64,000 nt of DNA from Macrostomum lignano. Taxonomy: Eukaryota. The notes below the pieces were generated by a model. That model saw only the letters and a program-made list of their open reading frames with translations, had not been told where the DNA came from and made no database searches. Position 1 is the stretch's first letter. Every line of letters begins with the position of its first letter. The DNA lies in the NCBI GenBank assembly GCA_002269645.1, contig NIVC01000303.1, positions 124,001 through 188,000 of the forward strand, in the 5' to 3' direction. This document shows, piece by piece, positions 35,215 through 47,200 of the stretch. The position numbers were made by a program, and so were the translations under genes.

Positions 35215-38200
35215 ATGTCGGCCGTTTCTGGCGAAGTGAACGTTCGCGTTGCCGTCCGAGTCCGACCTCTGTTGCCAAGAGAAAAACTCGAAGGCGAAGA
35301 GTCTTGCGTTCGAGTTGTCGACCAATGCCAACTTGTTATTGGTCGGGAACGCGCGTTCACTTTCGATCACGCATTCGGCGCTAGGAATACGCAACAGGAG
35401 CTGTACAATGCGTGCGTGAGGCCGCTCATTGATGCTCTATTCGAGGGCTACAATGCTACAGTGTTTGCCTACGGTCAGACCTCGGCTGGCAAAACCTATA
35501 CTATGGGCACTTGCAATCAGGAGGATCTGCTTCCAGAAGAGCGCGGAGTTATCCCCAGAGCTGTTGCAGACCTGTACGCCACGGTTAGGGCTAAGCAGAG
35601 GCAGCACTCTGCTGGCAGCGTGGCCGGCTCGCGTCACGAGTTCCGGGTGACAGTGAAGGTCACCTATATTGAAATCTATCGGGAGGAGATTAGAGATCTG
35701 CTGGATTCTGATAGGACAGATATTCGATTGAGAGAGGATGATCAGGTGAGATTTGCCTACATGTGAGATCTTGTCTAGAGTGAGATTTCCCTACCTGTGA
35801 GCTTTTATCTAGAGTGAGATTTCCCTACCTGTGAGATCTTGTCTAGAGTGAGATTTCCCTACCTATGAGATCTTGTCTAGAGTGAGATTTCCCTACCTGT
35901 GGGATCTTTTCTAGAGTGAGATTTCCCTACCTATGAAATCTTATCTAGAATGAGATTTCCCTACCTATGAGATCTTATCTAGAGTGAGATTTCCCTACCT
36001 GTGAGATCTTGTCTATAGTGAGATTTCCCTACCTGTGAGATCTTATCTATAATGAGATTTCCCTACCTGTGAGCTCTTATCTAGAATGAGATTTCCCTAC
36101 CTGTGAGATCTTGTCTATAGTGAGATTTCCCTACCTGTGAGATCTTATCTACAATGAGTTTTCCCTACCTGTGAGATCTTATCTAGAATGAGATTTCCCT
36201 ACCTGTGAAATCTTGTCTAGAGTGAGATTTCCCTACCTGTGGGATCTTGTCTAGAGTGAGATTTCCCTACCTATGAGATCTTATCTAGAGTGAGATTTCC
36301 CTACCTGTGAGATCTTGTCTATAGTGAGATTTCCCTACCTGTGAGATCTTATCTAGAGTGAGATTTCCCTACCTGTGAGATCTTAACTAGAATGAGATTT
36401 CCCTACCTGTGAGATCTTGTCTATAGTGATATTACCCTATCTATGAGATCTTATCTAGAATGAGATTCTAGAGTAAGATTTCCCTACCTGTGAGCTCTTA
36501 TCTATAGTGAGATTTCCCTACCTGTGAGATCTTGTCTATAGTGGGATTTCCCTACCTGTGAGATCTTGTCTAGAATGTGATTTCCCTACCTATGAGATCT
36601 TATCTAGAGTGAGATTTCCCTACCTGTGAGATCTTGTCTATAGTGAGATTTCCCTACCTGTGAGATCTTGTCTAGAATGAGATTTCCCTACCTATGAGAT
36701 CTTATCTAGAGTGAGATTTCCCTACCTGTGAGATCTTGTCTATAGTGAGATTTCCCTACCTGTGAGATCTTATCTATAATGAGATTTCCCTACCTGTGAG
36801 CTCTTATCTAGAATGAGATTTCCTTACCTGTGAGATCTTGTCTATAGTGAGATTTCCCTACCTGTGAGATCTTATCTACAATGAGTTTTCCCTACCTGTG
36901 AGATCTTATCTAGAATGAGATTTCCCTACCTGTGAAATCTTGTCTAGAGTGAGATTTCCCTACCTGTGGGATCTTGTCTAGAGTGAGATTTCCCTACCTA
37001 TGAGATCTTATCTAGAGTGAGATTTCCCTACCTGTGAGATCTTGTCTATAGTGAGATTTCCCTACCTGTGAGATCTTATCTAGAGTGAGATTTCCCTACC
37101 TGTGAGATCTTAACTAGAATGAGATTTCCCTACCTGTGAGATCTTGTCTATAGTGATATTACCCTATCTATGAGATCTTATCTAGAATGAGATTCTAGAG
37201 TAAGATTTCCCTACCTGTGAGCTCTTATCTATAGTGAGATTTCCCTACCTGTGAGATCTTGTCTATAGTGGGATTTCCCTACCTGTGAGATCTTGTCTAG
37301 AATGTGATTTCCCTACCTATGAGATCTTATCTAGAGTGAGATTTCCCTACCTGTGAGATCTTGTCTATAGTGAGATTTCCCTACCTGTGAGATCTTGTCT
37401 AGAATGAGATTTCCCTACCTATGAGATCTTATCTAGAGTGAGATTTCCCTACCTGTGAGCTCTTATCTATAGTGAGATTTCCCTACCTGAACGAGATTTT
37501 GTCCTTAAGGTGAGGTTTTCCATCCTGTGAGATTCCAAGGCACAAAATGAGATTTCCTATCCCATCCTGTAAGATTCTAAGCACTGAATTAATTGATGAC
37601 ATTCTCAGGCCTTCAAAAAAGTACCAAAAGTACTTTAATAACTACTGTACTGTTAAACCCGCGCCCCGCAGGGTAACACCATTCTATGCGGCGCCTCCGA
37701 GACCCTCTGCCCTACAGAGGACGACCTCCTAGCCTGTTTAGAGACCGGATCAGCCGCTCGCGTAACCGGTGCCACTCAGATGAACGAAGCTTCGTCTAGA
37801 TCGCACTGCGTCTTCTGCGTTACTGTAACGCAAGAATGGACTGACAAACTGTCAGCGGGTGCTCAACAACAGCTGCAGAGTGCTACGCCTGCGGTGAGAG
37901 TTTTACTATGCCAATTGATAAGAGCTATTATTCTTATTGCTATGATCGGAACTGATTTCCAACCGGTAGAAAAATGGACGGTCACAGAAAAGGGATGTGG
38001 CCATTCATGCTTATAAAAATATGGTCACATGTTACCGTTCACTGTGAACATACTTTATGACTGTTTGCAACCTTGGGACCTTACTGTGTGTCCGTTGTGT
38101 TACCAGCAATAGCAATCAGAAATTAGTAACAAGAAAGCGAATCTATATATTTGAATATGCCCAATATTTGATTAAGCATATAAGCCTCAAACTTAGCCAT

Positions 38201-41200
38201 GATTTAGCTAAGTTTAATGATGGCTAAGGGGGGGGGGGCGCACGAATCCAGGAGTTCGGCAGTCTCTCGAACGGGAGGGGGTTGGCCAAAATTTTGTTGG
38301 CTTGCTCACGGATGGTAACTGCTGTAGCTGTTTGTTTGTTTTTCGCAATGCTGTTGGGGCTGTCTGACTCGGGCAACTCAGCCCATTTAAAGCTGCCTGA
38401 ACGCATTCGGCCGGCCTCCGGCTCTCGACAAAGATCACTCAGGCTGGTCACGCCGAGCTGTCGCCGTACTCGGTCCAGGGCAGGGCATACTGTGGTCACG
38501 TGCTCGTTGGTTTGCTCGCCTAGCTCGCAGTGCACCAAAATTCAATTCATTTTGGAAGGACACCAAAATTCATCGTCCCTTGACCCCATCAAATCGCTTT
38601 CGGGCCCGCTGCGGTGTAGCAGATGTGATGGCCTGCGAAAGCCCGCTGCGGTGTAGCAGATGTGATGGCCTGTGAAAGCCCGCTGCGGTGTAGCAGATGT
38701 GGTAGCCTTCGAAAGCCCGCTGGCTTGTAGAGCCGCGGCTGCGCTTGCGCTGATTGAATTCGAAGGCGTCATGCCACCGATTGTGTTACGGCGCTGCGAC
38801 CGCCCCGAGATTCGGTCAGCTCCGTGTCTCAGATACTGCCGCATTTGGGGCTAGCGACCAGATCCTGAGACGGCCTGCCGTCCCAAGAGATGAAAAATAG
38901 GTCGTTAACTATACAAAAGTGTGGTATAAAATTTGTGTAAGATAAGCTATATAATTGCTTTATAAATTGTAAGAAGGGTTAGCTACACTTAGCTTAAACA
39001 CAAAATATCATACCTTGAATTTAGCCAAAAAAAACTTTGACTGAACGGCTAGTTCCCGATCAAATAGCTCCGTGGCCAATTGACCAAATGCTTGCAGCCG
39101 AGGCGTCAAGATGACATTGATTATGTTGGTGACTGCAGTTGCCTCATCTCCACGCCGGCATAGACGGAGTCGATTAATCTGAGTGAAGTGGGAGTAAATT
39201 GAACTGCAGTATAATTTCGATTAATATACTACACTGACTCATGGGTATAATAGTAGCGAGTAGGAGACTTCGGAAACTAAAATGGATTGGTGCAGTAACA
39301 CTGAAACTTACCAAATTCATAACTCGCTACTTGAATAATTATGCCTTTAAAAGTATTGCATTGAAATTCCATTCGAACGATATGTTTGCAATTTAGGTCT
39401 GTCAGTATTTCGTCAACTTAAATTGAAATAGATTGAACTCCTTCTGAAATAAAAAAGGATCAGATTATTTTAAATATCAATTTTTATTGAGTCAATGTGG
39501 TGTAACAAGATGGATACTAAGCCTATCTAGACTATCAAGAACAAAATGAAGAAAATTAATTCTGTACGTCAAAAACAGCACCATATTGTCTGTTAGCAGC
39601 TCAAAACACACAAAGATGTTAAAGAGATGTAACAGCACTTTAAATACACTCATGCTGTAGTGAGAGGAAAACAACATATTCTTTTAGGGAAAGCAAATAG
39701 CTTTGCCTTCGGGAATTCCTGTAAGGAATTTTCTCCCAGCTGTAAAGTAGCCAATTCCAAGACTCTGATTCAGGTGGGTAACAATAGAGGTTGCGTTGAA
39801 ATTTTAACAGCACTCCTTCCACTTCTCCATTGGGAAAACTTTTTGAATCAATATATATTTAAAATTGACAAACGCAAATTTTATCTGTGGAGACTGGAAC
39901 TAAAATTCAGTCTATGTGAATACTTTTGCTTGACAGACAAGTCTAAGAGTGATGGCTTGGCGAACAACATGCGAAAAAATACCACTAGTTTGGTGCACTC
40001 TCCGTTTTAGAGAGCCAAAGTAGTTTTCAAATGGGAATGTTGAAGATAAACTGATTGAACACAAGACACTAACAACTTTTGGCTTGCTCAGCTAGGTGAA
40101 AGCGAGATTCTGATGGAAAACTGAGATTGCAAAATGAAGTAGCAAGAAGTGTTTTAAAAATGCTACAGGCAACTATGAGTGAAACAATAAAGGTCCAACG
40201 AAAAGCAGCAGTGAGCGAAACTCAGTAGCTTTGTAGTTGCTAAGCTCTGTATCTAGCCTGCGAGGACGACGCTGAAACTGATGGGAAACATTTTCGAATG
40301 ATGTCGATTGCATCAGATCGTCGAATAAGCATTATTTGAGACAAGTTTGCTCGAATATTAAATGATTTCACCTTCTTGAAGTAAAATTGACGAAGTCGAC
40401 GTACCACACCCAAGCAAACACAATGTTGATATTCAACTGGGAAGTTTGATTATAAAGATGCATTGCTTGCAATGGGTGAAAAAAATTGTTGATTGTCTTC
40501 AAAGCCGTTGGCATACTGGCAGTCAGTTCTTGACTCTGCTACAGTAGTTGAAAAAAACCATCCGTTCATTTTCTCGCTTGCCAATATTCACGATACATTT
40601 GACAAATACGCTTTGACAATATCCACTACCTTTTTAGCCTTGTGGGACAGGATACCCTGCACATATGCCCATGCAGCAGCATCACAGATGAAATTTTAAG
40701 TGGCCAATCTTGACTTATATACCATAAAAAACCATACCACAGTCTCTTAGCTCCACAATTTCCTTTATAAAGTCCTTGAGATAGGTTTCCACTGTTGGCT
40801 TCTGGAAGCCATTTTTTTATTTATTAGAGGCAGGGGGGTTGTGTGCACCCTGACGCACTTTAAGCGACATAGGCACACAACCGGCGAGAGGCGTTACTGC
40901 CCATTCCGCCGACTCCCCTGAGCAGGCATACAAGCGCGCAGATACATATGCAGGCACACACTCACACAGGAGTGTACAGCGGCCCTAACTTTATATTATC
41001 GTTAGGCATGTACACTTCACTGCGCCTTGGGGGGTTGGCTCTCAAGGCCGTTAATTGCACGAGCAGAGCCAAGCCGAGATTCCAATTCAGCCCCAAATTA
41101 ATGTGACTGCACTTGGAATCGAGCCTGGGTCGCTGGCACACCAGAGCAGCTGCGCTACCGCTGGGCTACGGCCCCCTTCTTCTGGAAGCCATAGTAAAAT

Positions 41201-44200
41201 GCTAAGTATGATGTTGCAACTGTCAAAGCGCAACACAAAATAGGCCAGAGTAACGCATTGCTACTCTTTTACAATGGCAATCCATCAATATTCACTTGGG
41301 CATTTGAAACAATCGATCGCAGTGGGAAAAATCCGTACGCCCTGGGTAGGGCGACTGGTCGCCCCCCCCCCCCCGACACACGACGTCCGAAGGGCGCACC
41401 AAATAATCGGGCGCCCCGTCGAAGGGGCGACGCATTAAATAAATTTAGACAGCTGATCCATTCAGCTTACTTTAAGTAGTATGTAACGAATGTTAGCAAT
41501 TGTAGTGTTTAGTTGTGCCGTTATAGCATAGTATATTGTGAACTATTTTTGTACTTTAGCTTAGCAGCTGTTACAAAATCAAACGAGGATATTTGAATAA
41601 AGCGCTTTTGTCTATACTTTTTTCTCCGTTTTTTTTAATTACTTGCCTTAGACATTAAAAAAATTAGGCAGACGCAAAAATTTTCTATCAGTTAAGTGTC
41701 TAAGCAGAGAATGAAATATTAGTATAAATTATAAATATAATTGAATACGCACATTGAACATTGAAAGTATTGACATAATTAAATACAAAAGAAGGATTAC
41801 TAATTTAATTCATAATTCCGCCAAGTAGTGACGATAGTAGGAATGGCACTTTGCATTATAGAAATTAGAAAAGAGCACTATACTGTATTATAGTATTATT
41901 AGAGTAAAATTGAGTATCTTTCGATACATATCGGCGTGAGAACGGGGCCTTGTCTGAGGTCAGAAAGGAGTCCAAGGAAGGTCCCAATGGAACCCTCAAG
42001 AGTATGATGGTTCAGGGAGGCCCAGAAACTCACCAGAGAAATTAGAACAGAAAAGTGCTGGGACCATGAAAATGTGTCCTAAAGACGGGGGGAACTATCT
42101 GATTCGCTGTCCATGTCACTTGATCGAGAACTCGATAAGGTAGAGTCGCGGATGAAGGCCTTCCTAGTCCTCTTTGAAGCTGAATTGTTGGCTCCATTGC
42201 TGGCTGCATTCTTCTAATAAATACTCTAATAGACGTCTCTTTTAACGCTTTACTTGGCTTTCAGAAGCCATTATAAAAAAGGCTGAAAATCGTATACTTT
42301 AAATCTTTAATAACTATTACCATTTTTAATAACAGAAGTTCCAATTGATAATAAATCTTATCGTACAATGATAAATTCAAGACAAATCTTACTAGCTAAA
42401 GAAAACAAGAACAAATCAAATCAAATCTTACAATCTTAGCCCCAATGTCATATGACAAGCATATATGTAACCATAGTTAAGAACAAAAATTTACAGTCTA
42501 AGATGATTTTCCAAATTTTATTTTATATCAACAAGCAAACGGCAGGCTTTGGATTTCTTGTCTTAGCTAGAGCCTTAGTTCAAGTTATGGATTCAGGAAG
42601 TTCAGTCAACACAGCACGAACGGTTTTTGTTTTATTTGCTGTAGTAACCATTTTACTAAATATATATGTTATCTAATTAGTAGATACCAGGTGTGTAATT
42701 ACCTAGTTCATAAAATAACAATAGGAAGTAGCTTTTTAAAGAAACAATAATTCGGCAAAGCCACATTTTTTACCATTTTTGTCGATGTCAAACAATTCCG
42801 GAAAGAATAAACACCACATAGCTGGTGTCCAATTGCTAGTGGAACAACAACTAAGAATGAACGAACACGTAGAGTTATATTTAGAAACAATATAAAACGA
42901 TTTACGCTGTCGTAAAAGTCGGCTGAGAGAAAGAAGGTGAGTTGAAAGCAGTAAACCGAGGCGAGGGCCAGGCTATATATTTAAAAGTAATAAACTGGAC
43001 CTCTTCGTGCGCCACGGGCACTGAATGGCCTAAAATATCGATCGTGCAAATATTATACGAAGCGCTCTAAAAAGATCGTACACACAGCACGCACAAACCT
43101 AAAACGGCCCAATTGGGGGTCAACACACGCAAAAATACAGGGAAAACAGAAAATACTACGGTTATTGTCAGCTTTATGTGGATAAATTTGACAGATAGAT
43201 AGCTGATGCACATTTTATATTAATTTATACAATTTCGAGACATTATGAGCATCACTAAATCAGAAGTGAAAATTTAAAGACTTTGACTCATAATTTAATG
43301 CAGTGCGAGGCAAAAAATGTGTCCCTGCTTCAGTTGGCTAATTTATAGAAACTGCAAAACTTGAAGCAAAAAGAAAGTTAATTGAACCAGTCTAAAATAG
43401 TACTTATATGCATTAGTATTACAAAAATAGTACTTTCCAAATGCTAGAATTTTCTGTACACATTTGTAGCAAAAAGTTCACCCAAAGGCCAAATTATTGC
43501 AGCGGCATGAATTCATGAGGGAGCCATCATAGCGGCATGCCGATAGAGACCATCAATTATATTTCTACGCTTAACTGGAACAAAAAAATTATTAGAACAC
43601 AAGAAAGTATCATTTATTACAATAATCCACTCTTAAGTCTCTAAAACTGTGACTTTTTTATTTTGCTAGCCCAGCGGCATTCGCTAACGGGCCGCCAGTG
43701 GCCCACTGTTGCTTTTCCCACCGAGGAAGGCCAATCGGTGAGGAAGCGAGCATACTCCTCCAGTGAACTCAGAGGTTGAAACTTCCCGCTGATCCAGACG
43801 GGCCTGAATTCCAAATAGTATGTGAATGATCTGGTGCTGGCTTCCCTCCAGTTTCATTGTCCTCTGGACTAGCTCTCGCAGATGAGACACATGAAAGAAT
43901 ACGAGGCCGTCAGCAGAGTTTGGGCGCAATAGACTGATCTGCGAGCATCGTCTGTGCCAGCATCAACAGTTTTTTAAAACGGTTGACGCCTCTGCAGCTG
44001 CCTTTGCCTCTTCCGCTTTTGCCGCTGTCGCTCTTCGCTGCTTCCGCCTGTGCTGCTTCCGCCGCTGCCATTCTCTGCCATTTCTGCCGCTAAAGCCTCC
44101 GCAGCTGCGACTGCTGGCGTCTCCGCCACTGCGGCCGTCTTCGTTGTTGGCGCCTCTTTCGTCGCCACCACTCCTGCAGTTGTTGTTGAGGCTGCGCTTT

Positions 44201-47200
44201 TGAAGACTACGGTCTTGTCGCTGCCGCCTTGGCCGCTGGGGTCTCTGCGCTTGCCTTTCTAGCAGCAGCGAGTGCCGGTGGAAGTGGCGGCAATGCAGAA
44301 AGCCTTTTGAACTCGCTGAACTCTAATTCATCGTAGCAGCAAATTCAACATCAGACTCCGAATCGCTTTGAAAGAATTCATCAGTGTTTGAAGCTGATCC
44401 AGTCGCCTCATTCTAAATAGGAAGATGTGGAAGACTAACTTACTCACTGAAACACGCATTCACTGATTCACCCACTAATTGACTGAACTAACAGCTTACC
44501 CTTATTTGATAACGGCTGCTGGCCCTTCTCCAATCTTCGCGGGTGAAAACACGCGGCTGCACACTTTCTCAGTACATCTACTAGCCGCTTCTTTTTCCTA
44601 ATTAATTCCCTTGCGTAGCTGATGCTGCTGGCCTCCAGACTACTGTCTTCCATGATAATCTATAATAATTGTGATTTCTAAAAAATGAAATTGATGTCCA
44701 AGAGCGTCTGAAAATCAAGAAAATATTGCTGAATGTTTACCTGAACAATATTAAAACCTTCGTAATACTTTCCGTTGTTGAACGCTTCACATTTCCACTT
44801 TAATGTGCACTGAGCTATATATTTAACGACTGCCCTCACAGGCGGTCGCGAGGGCGCACCGCCCACGGTACGCCCCACTTTGTTGTCTCACTGGGTGGCT
44901 TAATGGTGACCTCATCGTCCACTGACAGTCGGCTCGGTGTCTACGCATTTGTCTGCGTAGATGCCAAGCTGACCGCCGTCTTCCGGCGCGTATTCGAATA
45001 CAGCGTTGACCGGAGAGGGATGATTGCGAGAAAAGCAGGGGCCGGCATAAAAAGAGTGTGACAGACAGACGGGCCCGGGGACTCGCAGCCAATCAGAGAG
45101 CGAGCCAACTGACTGAGCTAGCGCCGGGGGGGGGGGGGTACATCGCAAAGGGCCGGGGAAGGGTTAAGAGCACAACAAGACAAAAAGGGAGGACACACTG
45201 ATCGAGCCTCCTCCAATCAGGCACCAGGAGGCTTACGCGAGCACCAGAGGGGTGGGGGGTTACAACGATAGGCGGAGCCAACGCAGTGGTGAGGTGTTGT
45301 GGTGTCTCAAAAGACTAACACAGAAAAAGCCGTGAGTAATTAGGCAAGTAAGAATTCGGCTTAGGACGGCGATCCAGCGCTTATATTTCGCATCCAAGCA
45401 TGAGTTATTGCGCGATCGATAAATTTGGCAACAAGAAAAAGTATATACTCGTAGTGTGCGTAGCATTTACATTGACGCCTACTTATAGTAAAGTAGTAAG
45501 AAAAATACCTTTTTTAAACTAAGCTTGTTATTTAGCAAAACGGCCCTTTCAAGAGCTTCCTTGTCACGACACATCAGAGTGTAGAGCAACGCAAGGGTGA
45601 TTGTGACTCACAGACAAAGGGGGGAGGAATTTTATTAACACGAAGGTCTTGACTTAGCTGCAGGGCTGTCCCGGGGGGAACAACACGAAGGTCACTCGGC
45701 ATGGCCTGCCGAATAAGTTGCTTAAAAATCAGTTGTTTACAGATAATATAAATTTCAATGAAGCACAGATGCAAAGAAAATAAACAGATGATAAACAAAT
45801 AACAAATCAGGGATATTCAATGCGAGTCTAGCAATCCAAAAAAAATAGGAAACAATGTACAATTCGGCTTTACATGATTCAACGGCTTACATTCATTTAC
45901 ACTACAAGCGTACAGCAACTTTCAGACACGAGAAAATACCCCTACACAGCGAAAGAAAACTTTTCATGCACAAAAAACTGAAAACGCCACATGAGAGTCC
46001 GACACGGCGCAAACCTTGACGATTGTGACAACAGGGTCCAAATCGAAAATTGTAGTTTGACATCTTGTCAAATGCGTTTTCCAGCTGAGCGATGAGCAAC
46101 GTCTTGTCACTGTCATCGTCATCGGTCTCGTAACCAGAAAGATGAGCCACCTGATGATGGTCGGTGTGCGTGCCTGCTTCAGTCTTTACGTCCTCCAGCT
46201 CCAGTTCGTACTCGCTATCCGCTGACAGTGATTTTTTATTTAACTCGCGGTTGAGCCAGTCCGCCTTGCTCCGTAGCGCTCGTCACAGACGGGGTATCAG
46301 TGCGATTTGAGTTTCGCCTTAGAAAATCTTCTGTGCAGTCCTCCGGGAGCCGCTTCAGCCAGACTGTTTCCCGCTTAACTTCCACACGAGCTTGTCGAAG
46401 CCAAGTTTGGCGGTGACGCTGTGCCGGTTGAGTGCCGAGTGCGCAGGTTGGCGCCTCAGTTGTTTCAGTTTCTTCCACTGGAAAGAGTTCAAATTGAAGC
46501 CTGCAATGCCCGGCTTCAGCTCTCCTTCAGCAGTGTAAAAGCGCCGAATTGCGATAAATCGGTTGCCTTCATACTCTCGTACTTGCTGAATCCGTCGCAA
46601 AGATCCATTGTGGAGATTCGGGCTTCGGGGATGATCCTATTTTTTATTGTCCTCTCTCAGTGAACAATGGTGGAGGGACAAAGGTGTGTAGGCCTGCACC
46701 ATTGCTTAACCAACCTCAAACCCATACACGCCTCACCCTCCTCCTCTCGGATTGCCCCACCCACCCCCACTTCCAAACCATAATTAATATTAAGAATCGC
46801 CGTCTATCCCCTCCCTAATCTGCCGCCACAGCCACCGGACTCGGCCCGATCCGATCAGACCGACATTGTGTCGAACTGCGTGTCGGCCAAATTCAATTTC
46901 GTCGATTTAGCCGGTTCAGAGCGGGCTCACAAGACTGGCAATGTTGGCGCCAGGCTCAAAGAGTCCATTCACATCAACACGGGCCTGCTAGCCCTTGGCA
47001 ACGTTATTAGCGCCCTGGCCGACCCAGCCAAACGGCGAGGTCACGTGCCGTATCGTGAGGCTAAAATTACTCGATTATTGAAAGACGCGCTAGGCGGCTC
47101 GTCTCGCACTCTGATGGTTTGCTGCGTCAGTCCCGCTCTGTCTAGCTACGATGAGAGTCTGAATTCTTTGAAGTACGCTAATAGGGCCAAGCATATTCGG

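Noticed and set aside
29940-37490. CRISPR-like appearance of regular 15-37 bp repeats
   Set aside because: Units are directly adjacent with no unique spacers, there are no cas genes, and the context is eukaryotic spliceosomal.
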